NCBI GenBank assembly: GCA_002269645.1
Contig: NIVC01001626.1
Location: 124,001-188,000, forward strand
Reading direction: 5' to 3'
DNA length: 64,000 nt
Source: Macrostomum lignano
Lineage: Eukaryota
Position 1 is the first letter of the stretch. Each line of letters opens with the position of its first letter. The position numbers and the translations under genes were made by a program. The notes under the pieces were generated by a model, which was given only the letters and a program-made list of their open reading frames with translations, did not search any database and had not been told where the DNA came from. Of this stretch, positions 33,989-46,515 are shown piece by piece.

Positions 33989-36900
33989 ATGCTGCGCCTG
34001 GCAGCGCCGCCTTCAGGCCATGCATTTTTCTTCCGGCTTCAATTGCTGCTCCTTCTGCTTCTGCTAGCCGTCTGGGCCAGTTTTCCCCGGCCGTCTGGCA
34101 GCGTCTACGAGCAACTGCTGCGGGACAGCCTCGGCCGGACGGTCTATCCGGACAGTGGCGGCCGCTACCGGGCCTGGATGCCCGCCTCCGAGCGGCTGCG
34201 CTACCGCCGCCTCGTCCGGGACATGTTCGCCTTCGGCTACGACGGCTACATGCGCCACGCCTTCCCGGCCGACGAGCTGAACCCCATCCTGTGCCGCGGC
34301 CGGGGCCCCGACCGCGCCAACCCGGACAACATCAACATCAACGACGTGCTTGGCGACTACTCGCTGGGCCTGGTAGACAGCCTCACCACCTTGGCTGTGG
34401 TTGGCAATGTCAGCGAGTTCAGGCGGGCAGTCAGCCTGCTAGCTGACAGACTGAGCTTTGATACTAACAGTACTGTGCAGACATTCGAGGCTGGGATTCG
34501 AGTGCTCGGCGGACTGCTCAGCGCCCACCTGCTGGCCACGGACAGGTGAAGTTTGTTTTTTTAAAATGGGTCTTTCAACCATTGACAAATTTTAGTGACC
34601 CAAATATCACTGACCCAGCTGACCCAAATATCACTGACCCAAAAAGCTTACTGACCCAGCTGACCCAAAGCCCATTGACCCAAGCTTACTGATGACCCAA
34701 GCTTACTGACCCAGCTGACCTAAGCTTACTGACCCAGTTGACCCAAGCTTACTGACCCAGCTGACCCAAGCTTACTGACTTGGCTGACCCAATCGACCCA
34801 AGCATACTGACCCAGATGACTTAAGCTTACTGACCCAGATGACTCAAGCTTACTGACCCAGATGACTTAAGCTTACTGACCCAGATGACTCAAGCTTACT
34901 GACCCAGCTGACTCAAGCTTACTGACCCAGCTGACCAAGCTTACTGACCCAGTTGACTCAAGCTTACTGACCCAGTTGACCCAAGCATACTGACCCAGAT
35001 GACTCAAGCTTACTGACCCAGCTGACTCAAGCTTACTGACCCAGCTGACCAAGCTTACTGACCCAGTTGACTCAAGCTTACTGACCCAGTTGACCCAAGC
35101 ATACTGACCCCGTTGACCCAACCTTACTAACCTGGCTGACCTCAGATCCCATCCCGATGCACTGCAGCCGGCTGCCGGAGCTCCGCATCCCAGGCTACGG
35201 CGATCAGCTTCTGCTGCTCGCCCGCGACCTCGCCAACCGCCTGCTGGTCGCCTTCGACCGCTCGCCCACCGGCATCCCGCATCCCAGGGTGCACCTGCAG
35301 CGCGGAGTCCCCGAGGGCGGCCGGCTGGACACGAACCTGGCCGGCGCCGGCTCCCTGCTGCTGGAGTTCGCCACCGTCGGCCGGCTGGTCGGCGACCCCA
35401 CCTTCGAGGGCGCGGCCAGGCGCGCCGTCTCCGCTCTGTGGGACCTCCGGTCTCGCGTCACCGGCCTGCTGGGCAGCTCGTTGAACCTCACCGATGGCCG
35501 TTGGCTGCACGAAGGCCTCTCGGGCCTCGGCGCCGGGTCGGACAGCTTCTACGAGATCCTGTTGAAGTCGGCCGTCTATCTGGACGACCCGCAGCTTGGC
35601 GCCCTGTTCTCCCAGTCCATGGACAGCGTGGCCTGGCACCAGCGGGCTGGCCGGACTGACTGCCTGAACGGCCTCGGCCAGCACCCGATCTGGCTCAATA
35701 CGGAGGTGCGCACCGGGCACCTGGCAAACAGCTGGTGCGATGCGCTGCAGGTGCGCTGGGCGGCTTTTAAGCTATATTTCATTAGTTTGTTCCCATCTAA
35801 ACACCCCCAATCTCCATATAAAATCACCCTCCAATTCCCCATCTAGAATCGCCAAAGGCCCCATCTAGAATTAATCCAATCCCCATCAAGAATCACCCCA
35901 ATCCCCATCAAGAATTACTCCAATCCCCATCAAGAATCACCCCAATCCCCATCAAGAATTACTCCAATCCCCATCAAGAATTACTCCAATCCCCATCAAG
36001 AATAGCTCCAATCCCCATCAAGAATTACTCCAAACCCCATCAAGAATTACTCCAATCCCCATCAAGAATCGCCCCAAACCCCATCAAGAATTACTCCAAT
36101 CCCCATCAAGAATCGCCCCAATCCCCATCAAGAATCGCCCCAATCCCCATCAAGAATAGCTCCAATCCCCATCAAGAATCGCCCCAATTTCCAATAAGAA
36201 TTGCCCCAATCCCCATCAAGAATAGCTCCAATCCCCATTAAGAATCTCCCCAATCCTCATCAAGAATAGCTCCAATCCCCATCAAGAATAGCTCCAATCC
36301 CCATCAAGAATAGCTCCAATCCCCATCAAGAATCGCCCCAATCCCCATCTAGAATCGCCCCACCGCCCGCAGGCCAGCTGGGGGGCGGTTCTGCTGCTGG
36401 CGGGCCGCCTGGACGAGGCCATCTGTCTGCACGCGTACTTCGCCAACCTGATGCACCGCTACAAGCTGCTGCCGGAGCGGTTCAACTGGCGCCACCGGCA
36501 GCCGGAGGTTCTGTTCAGCCCTCTGCGGCCGGAGCTGGCCGAGACCAACTACTTCCTGTACCGAGCCACCGGCAATCATTTCTTCCTGCACGTGGGCGCC
36601 GCCATGGTGGACAATCTCAATAAGTTAGTGGCGGCTCGTTCATTCAGTGTTCGTAAAATCTGAGAGAGCAGTGACTAGACGTGTGAGTGAGCAGTGAATA
36701 GGTGCGTGAGAAAACAGTGAATAGGTGAGTAAGCAGTTAATAGGTGCGTGAGAAAACAGTGAATAAGGTGAGTGAGTGAAAAGTGAATAGGTGAGTGATT
36801 GAGAAGTGAATAGGTGAGTGATTGAGAAGTGAATAGGTGAGTGAGTGAGCAGTGAATAAGCGAGTGATTGAGAAGTGAATAGGTGAGTGATTGAGAAGTG

Positions 36901-37522
36901 AATAGGTGAGTGATTGAGAAGTGAATAGGTGAGTGATTGAGAAGTGAATAGGTGAGTGATTGAGAAGTGAATAGGTGAGTGATTGAGAAGTGAATAGGTG
37001 AGTGATTGAGAAGTGAATAGGTGAGTGAGTGTGAAGTGAATAGGTGAGTGAGTGAGCAGTGAATAGGTAAGTGAGTGTGAAGTGAATATGAGTTGGTGTC
37101 AATCGCTAACGCTACTAACAGTAGTTTACAATACCCGCCGCATCTGCAGATACGCCAAATCCACCTGCGGCTACGCCACCCTGCACAATGTGCACAACCT
37201 CACCGACCTGGAGGACAGGCAGGAGTCCTTCTTCTTAGCCGAGACCGTCAAGTATCTGTACCTGCTGTTTGACGAGACCAACTGGGCCAACCGCATGGAG
37301 ACCGACCTCATCTTTACCACCGAGGGCCACCCGCTGTCCATCGCCAGGTTTCGCAGTCTGGCGAGGCCGGCCGGCTTTGACTTCAACGTAACGCCTCCGG
37401 CTGCTGGCTGGTCTGGTGGCGCGTGCCACAATTTCAACTTGGACAGGCGGCTCAGACATCTGCTGCCGCTGAGCACTGCTCAGTGGGTTGAACTGGACAG
37501 GGCAACTGGGTTATCGGACTGA
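33989..37522 (+). CDS. EDEM1: ER degradation-enhancing alpha-mannosidase-like protein 1 (GH47); exons 33989-34545, 35168-35750, 36373-36623, 37150-37522
   Basis: [94 protein letters not shown]-terminal signal anchor and an EDEM1-type short C-terminus. All junctions are GT-AG and in phase. An in-frame ATG at 33911 lies inside the triplicated repeat. Confidence 0.93.
34590..35125. repeat. Minisatellite (ctgacccaagcttactgaccca-type) in EDEM1 intron 1
   Basis: Direct reading. Confidence 0.9.
35835..36360. repeat. 22-bp minisatellite (aatccccatcaagaatcgcccc) in EDEM1 intron 2
   Basis: Direct reading. Confidence 0.92.
36690..37090. repeat. 23-bp minisatellite (gtgaataggtgagtgattgagaa) in EDEM1 intron 3
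   Basis: Direct reading; each unit contains AG|GTGAGT on the sense strand. Confidence 0.92.
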
Positions 37523-37539
37523 GTCGCTGCCTTGGATCG

Positions 37540-38897
37540 CTGAGTGACGAGGCCACCTGACCGAGTGACTAGGCTACCTGACCGAGTGACTGGGCTACCT
37601 GACCGAGTGACTAGGCTACCTGACCGAGTGACTGGGCTGCCTGACAGAGTGACTGGGCTACCTGACCGAGTGACTGGGCTAACTGACAGAGTGACTAGGC
37701 TACCTGACAGAGTGACTAGGCTACCTGACCAAGTGACTAGGCTACCTGACAGAGTGACTGGGCTACCTGACAGAGTGACTAGGCTACCTGACAGAGTGAC
37801 TGGGATATCTGACAGAGTGACTAGGCTACCTGACAGAGTGACTGGGATACCTGACCGAGTGACTAGGCTACCTGACCGAGTGACTAGGCTACCTGACAGA
37901 GTGACTAGGCTACCTGACAGAGTGACTGGGATATCTGACAGAGTGACTAGGCTACCTGACAGAGTGACTAGGCTACCTGACAGAGTGACTGGGATATCTG
38001 ACAGAGTGACTAGGCTACCTGACAGAGTGACTGGGATATCTGACAGAGAGACTAGGCTATCTGACAGAGTGACTGGGATACCTGACAGAGTGACTAGGCT
38101 ACCTGACAGAGTGACTAGGCTACCTGACAGAGTGACTAGGCTACCTGACAGAGTGACTGGGCTATCTGACAGAGTGACTAGGCTACCTGACAGTGACTAG
38201 GCTACCTGACAGTGACTAGGCTACCTGACAGTGACTGGGCTACCTGACAGAGTGACTGGGATATCTGACAGAGTGACTAGGCTACCTGACAGAGTGACTG
38301 GGCTACCTGACAGAGTGACTGGGCTACCTGACAGAGTGCCTAGGCTACCTGACAGTGACTAGGCTATCTGACAGAGTGACTAGGCTACCTGACAGAGTGA
38401 CTGGGCTACCTGACAGAGTGACTGGGATATCTGACAGAGTGACTAGGCTACCTGACAGAGTGACTGGGATATCTGACAGAGAGACTAGGCTATCTGACAG
38501 AGTGACTGGGATACCTGACAGAGTGACTAGGCTACCTGACAGAGTGACTAGGCTACCTGACAGAGTGACTAGGCTACCTGACAGAGTGACTGGGCTATCT
38601 GACAGAGTGACTAGGCTACCTGACAGTGACTAGGCTACCTGACAGTGACTAGGCTACCTGACAGTGACTGGGCTACCTGACAGAGTGACTGGGATATCTG
38701 ACAGAGTGACTAGGCTACCTGACAGAGTGACTAGGCTACCTGACAGAGTGACTGGGCTACCTGACAGAGTGACTGGGCTACCTGACAGAGTGCCTAGGCT
38801 ACCTGACAGTGACTAGGCTATCTGACAGAGTGACTAGGCTACCTGACAGAGTGACTGGGCTACCTGACAGAGTGACTGGGCTACCTGACAGAGTGAC
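37540..38897. repeat. 21-bp minisatellite (gacagagtgactaggctacct) with internal higher-order duplication
   Basis: Direct reading; produces spurious (DRVTRLP)n ORFs. Confidence 0.95.
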
Positions 38898-39454
38898 AAT
38901 TTATTATTTAACAGACAAAGTGGCAGGTGCCTGATCGCCCAGCAACTGAGACGTGCCTGTTTACTTACAAAGCAAAATACGCTTGCCACTCATTGTGCGC
39001 TCCTCCCCGCTATATCGTGTGCCAAATCAGCCAATATCTGATCACTGCTGTGCTTACTCGCGCCTAAATAAGCTCTAATGCTCAAGTGTGATCGATTTTG
39101 CGCTGCAGATTCTGTCCGCCTGTCCATCCACCTGATCTCCCTGCCTTGGTGTTTCTTTTCCGTGTTGGATTTTGTTCCTAAAACTGTTCCACGTGCCAAG
39201 CAAGTTTGCCAGCCGGCCAAGTATTCTCCATGCTGACCGCTGAGTCTTCCCGGCCCCGGTCAGCATCTGCTGATACAATGACTGTTCAATCTGATGCTAG
39301 CCAACTATTTGATTTCAATCTATTCTTGTTATTATAATGCCTATGAAGAAGAGTTTGCACTATTATAGTCTATGCGAATTGCCTTGCTGAGTTGTTATTG
39401 ATCATAAGACTTTGTTTGTCTTTGAGTCACCTCTCAATTTCTGCATGATTATTC

Positions 39455-40335
39455 GTAGCAGTCTCATATTGGTCATAGATTAGTCATATCAGTCTCAAAT
39501 TGGTCATGGATTAGTCATAGCAGTCTCAAATTGGTCATAGATTAGTCATATCAGTCTCAAATTGGTCATGGATTAGTCATAGCAGTCTCAAATTGGTCAT
39601 GGATTAGTCATAGCAGTCTCATATTGGTCATAGATTAGTCATAGCAGTCTCATATTGGTCATAGATTAGTCATAGCAGTCTCAAATTGGTCATAGATTAG
39701 CCATAGCAGTCTGATATTAGTCATAGATTAGCCATAGCAGTTTGATATTAGTCATAGATTAGCCATAGCAGTCTCAAATTGGTCATAGATTAGTCATAGC
39801 AGTCTCATATTGGTCATAGATTAGTCATAGCAGTCTCAAATTGGTCATAGATTAGCCATAGCAGTCTCATATTGGTCATAGATTAGCCATAGCAGTCTCA
39901 TATTAGTCATAGATTAGTCATAGCAGTCTCAAATTGGTCATAGATTAGCCATAGCAGTCTCATATTAGTCATAGATTAGTCATAGCAGTCTCAAATTGGT
40001 CATAGATTAGCCATAGCATATCATATTAGTCATAGATTAGTCATAGCAGTCTCAAATTGGTCATGGATTAGTCATAGCAGTTTCATATTGGTCAAAGAAT
40101 AGTCATAGCAGTCTCATATTGGTCATAGATTAGTCATAGTCTCATATTGGTCATAAATTAGTCATAGCAGTCTCAAATTGGTCATAAATTAGCCATAGCA
40201 GTCTCAAATTGGTCATAGATTAGTCATAGCAGTCTCATATTGGTCATAGATTAGTCATAGCAGTCTCAAATTGGTCATAGATTAGTCATAGCAGTCTCAA
40301 ATTGGTCATAGATTAGCCATAGCATATCATATTGG
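39455..40335. repeat. 31-bp minisatellite (tagtcatagcagtctcaaattggtcatagat)
   Basis: Direct reading. Confidence 0.95.
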
Positions 40336-40423
40336 TCATATAATAGTCAGCACTTAAAATTTCGGTCATAAATCAGTCATGACAGCAGTAAGACCGGTCA
40401 TACTCCAACCCGCAGCTCCGGCC

Positions 40424-40708
40424 ATGACCAAGGGCACAACCTCATTTGGAAAGCGGCACAACAAGTCGCACACGCAGTGCCGCCGCTGCGGCCGCAAGTC
40501 CTACCACGTGCAGAAGAAGACCTGCTCCTCCTGCGCCTACCCGGCCGCCAGGATCCGGCACTTCAACTGGGCCAAGAAGGCGCAGCGCAGGCGCACCACC
40601 GGCACCGGGCGGATGCGCCACCTCAAGGTTGTGCAGCGCCGGTTCAACTACGGCTTCCGCACAGGGCAGGCCAAGCCGTGCGCGCCAAAGGCTGGCGCCA
40701 GCGCCTGA
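40424..40708 (+). CDS. RPL37: 60S ribosomal protein L37 (eL37), intronless CDS
   Basis: [47 protein letters not shown] splice-acceptor-like ccgcag lies 8 nt before the ATG. Confidence 0.97.
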   Translation: MTKGTTSFGKRHNKSHTQCRRCGRKSYHVQKKTCSSCAYPAARIRHFNWAKKAQRRRTTGTGRMRHLKVVQRRFNYGFRTGQAKPCAPKAGASA

Positions 40709-40969
40709 GGCCTCGGGCGGGGGCGGGGGCGGAGTTGCCGAGGAGACTCCGGCGGTGACGAGATGGACTAGCGATGAGGGAGAATTGCTCGCTGTGTTTG
40801 CCAGCCTCCCTTGGTGCAGAGAAATACACTGATTGAATTTGGCCTGCTGCGCCACCTGGAGTAGCTTTGGAATATTTTTCTTGTCTTGCTATTTTTAACC
40901 TTGTAGTGTTGTGAGTGTGGCGGTTGTTATGGCTATCGGTGTTGTTAGGAGTGGTTGCTATGTGTACAC

Positions 40970-41565
40970 CGCTGTGGATATCAGTCTGTTTATCAATGTG
41001 TTCAGGTGCCGGCAGTGTGGATATCAGTGTGGGCAGGCGTGGATATCAGTGTGGGCAGGTGTGGATATCAGTGTGGGCAGGCGTGGATATCAGTGTGAGC
41101 AGGCGTGGATATCAGTGTGAGCAGGCGTGGATATCAGTGTGGGCAGGTGTGGATATCAGTGTGGGCAGGCGTGGATATCAGTGTTGGCAGGTGTGGATAT
41201 CAGTGTGGGCAGGCGTGGATATCAGTGCAGGCAGGTGTGCTTATCAGTGTGGGCAGGTGTGGATATCAGTGTGAGCAGGCGTGGATATCAGTGTGAGCAG
41301 GCGTGGATATCAGTGTGGGCAGGTGTGGATATCAGTGTGGGCAGGTGTGGATATCAGTGTGGGCAGGCGTGGATATCAGTGCAGGCAGGTGTGCTTATCA
41401 GTGTGGGCAGGTGTGGATATCAGTGTGAGCAGGCGTGGATATCAGTGTTGGCAGGTGTGGATATCAGTGTGGGCAGGCGTGGATATCAGTGCAGGCAGGT
41501 GTGGATATCAGTGTGGGCAGGCGTGGATATCAGTGCAGGCAGGTGTGCTTATCAGTGTGGACAGG
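40970..41565. repeat. 22-bp minisatellite (gtggatatcagtgtgggcaggc)
   Basis: Direct reading. Confidence 0.95.
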
Positions 41566-41676
41566 TGCTAATGCCTGTAGCTATAAATTCTAACAAACTG
41601 CAGCTCCTGATCCGCGGCCGCCACCCCATTCCTGCCAGCTACCCCCCGAATTTCCCCGCATGCCGTCTGAGCCCTG

Positions 41677-42612
41677 ATGATGCAGCCGCCCCAGCTGCTC
41701 AATGGCGGAGGCGGCCACGCCAAGAAGTTTCGCAAGCGCCGAGATTTGAACGCCCTGCTTCCGCCAGAGAAACAGCAGCCGCAACCGCCTCTGCAGCTCC
41801 AGCAGAGCGGCAGCCGGCGCAGCCTCCTGGCCAGGAGCTCCGCCTCGGCGCTGTCCTCCACTTCTTCCCTTGACGAAGCGGCGGCCGCAGCCGCGGCAGC
41901 GTCGGCAAACGATGCCGACTGGGACGGCGGCGAACGCGGCGAGCTGCTGCTCACCGACAGCGCCAGCTCCGACGAGGTCGGCGCCGACTGCCGCAAGCTG
42001 CTGCGGCCCCGCGACCTACTTGATCGCCGCCGGCGCCAACAGCGTGAGCGCCAGCAGCGCGCCTCGGCGCCAGGCTCGCTGACCCGTCACTGGCGCGGCG
42101 GCGGCGGGGGCGGCGGTGGCAGCGGAGGCGGTGGCGCGTCGGGCTGCGGCTGGTGGCCGGTGCAGGTGCTGGTCAGCGCCGTCTGCCTGTCCCTGTGCGC
42201 CCTGCTGCTGTGGCTGACCCTCGGCCTCAAGTCCGGCTCCGCCGACCTCGCCTACCGCCTGCAGTCGTTGGGCCGCGAGTCCCGCCGCCTTCAGGACGAG
42301 CTGCAGGCGCTGCGCGACTCGCGCCTGGCCGCCACCGGCAACCTGAGCAGCCTGGCCGAGCGAGCCGCCAGCGCTGAGGCGCGCTCAGCCCGGCTGGCCG
42401 GCGCGTTGTCCCACCTGAGCGCCCGCGTGGCCAAGCTGGTGCAGGACAGCGCCGACCGCGCAGCCAGCCTTTCCCGTCTCCGCCAGGATGTTGCCCGCAT
42501 GCAGGCGCAATCGGCAAAACAGCCGCCTGGACCGACGGCAACGTCGACGGCGTCATCGGCAACAACCGGCGCCCCTCTTGCCGGCAATGCCAGCGCCACG
42601 GCCGGAGCTTGA
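41677..42612 (+). CDS. Single-pass membrane coiled-coil protein resembling the N-terminal half of EFCAB14
   Basis: KKFRKRRDLNALL resembles EFCAB14 MKKRKELNALI as recalled. An acidic Ser-rich patch, a Cys-containing TM helix (VQVLVSAVCLSLCALLLWLTLGLK) and a heptad coiled coil follow; strong GC3 bias. No EF hand in this ORF. Confidence 0.65.
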   Translation: MMQPPQLLNGGGGHAKKFRKRRDLNALLPPEKQQPQPPLQLQQSGSRRSLLARSSASALSSTSSLDEAAAAAAAASANDADWDGGERGELLLTDSASSDEVGADCRKLLRPRDLLDRRRRQQRERQQRASAPGSLTRHWRGGGGGGGGSGGGGASGCGWWPVQVLVSAVCLSLCALLLWLTLGLKSGSADLAYRLQSLGRESRRLQDELQALRDSRLAATGNLSSLAERAASAEARSARLAGALSHLSARVAKLVQDSADRAASLSRLRQDVARMQAQSAKQPPGPTATSTASSATTGAPLAGNASATAGA

Positions 42613-42664
42613 ATTCCTCGCCACCTGTTGTACATTGATGTCGCCCGCGATGCTGCTGACTTTG

Positions 42665-43205
42665 AAATCAAAAGTACAACTTTGAAATATCAAAAGTGCA
42701 ACTTCGAAATATCAAAAGTGCAACTTCGAAATATCAAAAGCAACTTCGAAATATCAAAAGTGCAACTTCGAAATATCTAAAGTGCAACTTCGAAATATCA
42801 AAAGTACAACTTCGAAATATCAAAAGTACAACTTCGAAATATCAAAAGGGCAACTTCGAAATTAAAAGTACAACTTCGAAATATCAAAAGTGCAACTTCG
42901 AAATATCTAAAGTGCAACTTCGAAATATCAAAAGCAACTTCGAAATATCAAAAGTGCAACTTCGAAATATCAAAAGGGCAACTTCGAAATTGAAAGTACA
43001 ACTTCGAAATATCAAAAGGGCAACTTCGAAATTGAAAGTACAACTTCGAAATATCAAAAGGGCAACTTCGAAATATCAAAAGTGCAACTTCGAAATATCA
43101 AAAGTGCAACTTCAAAATATCAAAAGTGCAACTTCGAAATATCAAAAGTGCAACTTCGAAATATCAAAAGTGCAACTTCGAAATATCAAAAGTGCAACTT
43201 TAAAT
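42665..43205. repeat. 22-bp minisatellite (caacttcgaaatatcaaaagtg)
   Basis: Direct reading. Confidence 0.95.
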
Positions 43206-44029
43206 CAAGAGTACAGAATTTTAGGATAAAAAAGTGCATCAAAAACTCGGAGCGTAAACTTCGCAATTACGAGCTAAAAATAACATTTTCAAAATCAAAA
43301 GTGTGCACAACAGCAACAAATGTACTGACCTGAAAAGCTGAAGTACATACTTCACATCTGATGTTCACACTGCACAATCGCATATTTCTGAACACAGGCT
43401 CTCCGCACCCAGTGCGTGCCAGCCGTCGACAAGCGGACAGATTTAAAAATCTGCTATTTTTTTACTCTCGTGTCACACTCTGGTCAATTGTTACACTGTT
43501 AGATGATCCAACAGGCTTTCCGTTGTTTTTTGGTATTTTTTTAGTAGTCAGTTTGGGTTTTATTGCCATTTTTTGCACCAGCGTGTTGGTAACTTCAGCT
43601 CTCCTAGCCAAACAATACAGCAATTTTATTTAACCGAGAAGCACAGAGCCTACTTACAGTAGAAGCAATGCGCATTTTGTTATTATGATGATTACAAATT
43701 TCAGTTTTCTCATCCGGATTTTGCAATGTCAAACAATAGGCAGGATTCCGCAGCTCAGTGAGCAAACAGATTTACTTGGCATTCTGTGAGTTGAGCAGCC
43801 AGCGCCAGTCACTGCAATGCCGTGTGTTAGTATTCGCTTCTGCTTATATATTCATATTTTTATAATAAAATAATGCTACCGCTTCGCACTGCTACTTAGT
43901 TGGAGCTAGATGAGTAGTATCGCGGCATATGTGCACCGTGTTTTGTTGTTTCCTCTCTCGTATTGCCGCATCTTATCTGCTTGACTGGCTTTAGAAATTT
44001 TTTTCTTGCTCGCTTTAATCTGCTGCTTT

Positions 44030-44288
44030 TTGCAGAGCTGGCGGACTATTTTTGTGTCTGTTGGACAGCAGATAAACTTATCCGGAGCTGCCGGACTATT
44101 TTTGAGTCTGTTGGACAGCGAATAAACTTATCCGGAGCTGGCGGACTATTTTTGTGTCTGTTGGACAGCGGATAAACTTATCCGGAGCTGCCGGACTATT
44201 TTTGTGTCTGTTGGACAGCGGATAAACTTATCCGGAGCTGCCGGACTATTTTTGTGTCTGTTGGACAGCGGATAAACTTATCCGGAGT
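44030..44288. repeat. 50-bp minisatellite (~5 copies)
   Basis: Unit ggagctgccggactatttttgtgtctgttggacagcggataaacttatcc. Confidence 0.92.
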
Positions 44289-44904
44289 CGCGTGTTCCTA
44301 CAGTCTTATTTCTGCACATTTATCTGCTTTTATGTTTTCTATTTCCTCGGATTGATTTTGATTTTTTAAGCTTCGCATCCCCGTTGAGCTGTGCTGTCGA
44401 ATTCCCCTGCAGTCTGTTTTATCCCGCTGTACTTTTCTGTCTTTTTGATTGACGCCACATTTTGGAGGAAGCTGCTACCAGCACAAGCAGGAGGCAATAG
44501 AGGTGTTCCCAGCTTTTCTAATTATAGCCCAACAACTGCTGTTTGATTTGCTTCTTTCGCATATGCGCGTGTTTGAACTCCAGGTGTAGAGGATGCTTAG
44601 TGATTTAGAGCGGAACTTCCCCCTTCTGCCTCACTAATTGAGTTATTCGCCAGTGCAGCATTCAATTAGTTGATTGCTGAGCGGTTGGACAGACAGTTGG
44701 CCATTGCGACTGAGAGTTCTTTGCTTCATGATCTGCTTTTTCTAGTCCCTGATAATTGTTTGCACAATGCCTCCCAGACATTATTGATTGTGGCAGCTGC
44801 GGGGTTGTCGCCCAGCTAAATTGGTTGCTAAGTGACTCAAATTGGGAATGGGATATTGGGGTACTCATCTAGCAGTACTCTAGCGTTTTGGTGCACCAGC
44901 TCTA

Positions 44905-45466
44905 GGGGTAGTGGCTGGCACCAGTGCACTCGCTGAGATAGTGGCTGGCACCAGTGCACTCGCTGAGATAGTGGCTGGCATCAGTGCACTCGCTGAGATA
45001 GTGGCTGGCACCAGTGCACTCGCAGAGATAGTGGCTGGCATCAGTGCACTCGCAGAGGTAGTGGCTGGCATCAGTGCACTCGCAGAGGTAGTGGCTGGCA
45101 CCAGTGCACTCGCAGAGGTAGTGGCTGGCATCAGTGCACTCGCAGAGGTAGTGGCTGGCATCAGTGCACTCGCAGAGGTAGTGGCTGGCACCAGTGCACT
45201 CGCAGAGGTAGTGGCTGGCAGCAGTGCACTCGCAGAGGTAGTGGCTGGCATCAGTGCACTCGCCAGAGGTAGTGGCTGGCACCAGTGCACTCGCCAGAGG
45301 TAGTGGCTGGCACCAGTGCACTCGCAGAGATAGTGGCTGGCAGCAGTGCACTCGCAGAGGTAGTGGCTGGCATCAGTGCACTCGCCAGAGGTAGTGGCTG
45401 GCACCAGTGCACTCGCAGAGGTAGTGGCTGGCATCAGTGCACTCGCAGAGATAGTGGCTGGCACCA
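44905..45466. repeat. 30-bp minisatellite (gtagtggctggcaccagtgcactcgcagag)
   Basis: Direct reading; source of the 44880-45527 low-complexity ORFs. Confidence 0.95.
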
Positions 45467-46515
45467 AAGCCCCTGGAAGCGGTCTCAGTGAATCCTTAAA
45501 ATGACCTCTTAAGGTAGCAGCTCTCATTGGCTTGGGTTCGCCTAATCAAATACCAAAGCATTCTCAAGCATGCTTTTCTCAAAGGTCACCGGGGTTGGCA
45601 TTGTATTTTAAGAAATGTATTTCGCATGGGACCCGCGGGTCCCCTCCCAGCTTCCAGGCCACTCGAGGCTTTCATTATTGCGCCTGGCCAGCTATGCGAG
45701 TTATTGACGGGCCCGGCTTTTGCCTTTCCTGCCTGGAGTAGCCGCTGGGTTCCGCGAAACTGAGCTGCTCCTGAACTGCTCGCCCAGCCCAGAGTGCTTC
45801 CCCCCCGCCCAGCCTCTCCCGGCGATTCGTTTCCCTCTTTTGTTGATTCTGCGGCTCTCCATCTGGCCGCACTGTTTTTCGCTCTCCGCCTCTGCCGCCT
45901 TCCTCTCCGTCTCTTTTATTTCTTTCTGCATTTATGCAATCACCGCGTTGCCACGGGCAACCAGCGCGCTGTTTGGCCAGCAGAGCTGCCGCCGCTGCTC
46001 AGCCAGATTTGATGCTGGAGAAGTGCGGAGGAGGCTGGGCGGGATATTTTCCACTCGCCTCTCCCCAGCCAGCTCGGTGTTATTCCAGCGCGCCCGGCCG
46101 GAATGCCGCTGCTATATTGGCTTATTGTTAGGAAATTGACGCCTGCATTATTCAGTTTGCGGGACTGGCTGCCGTCCGAGCAACTTGCACTCAGTAAAAT
46201 CTGCTTCGGTGTATTTCACTTGCGCAGTGGTGTGCTGTGCGTAGCGGCGTTAAACGGGATAGATTAGCGTTTTAAAAGTATATTATTTTATTCATAGTGG
46301 CGCATGGTACATAAGGTCTATATGCAGTAGTACAGGGTAAAGAGGAGGAGAGCAAATCTAGTAGACTTTTAACCCTCTGTATTATCGTATGTCTGTGCTG
46401 TGAGTGCTCCAGCTTGCTCGAATCCCATATAGTTACTTGCATTCTCAGTGATCGTGAGTCAGCCTTGAGAGCTCGGCCCAACACTTCTCTTGTCTTGCCG
46501 TGTCCCGGTCTGGGC

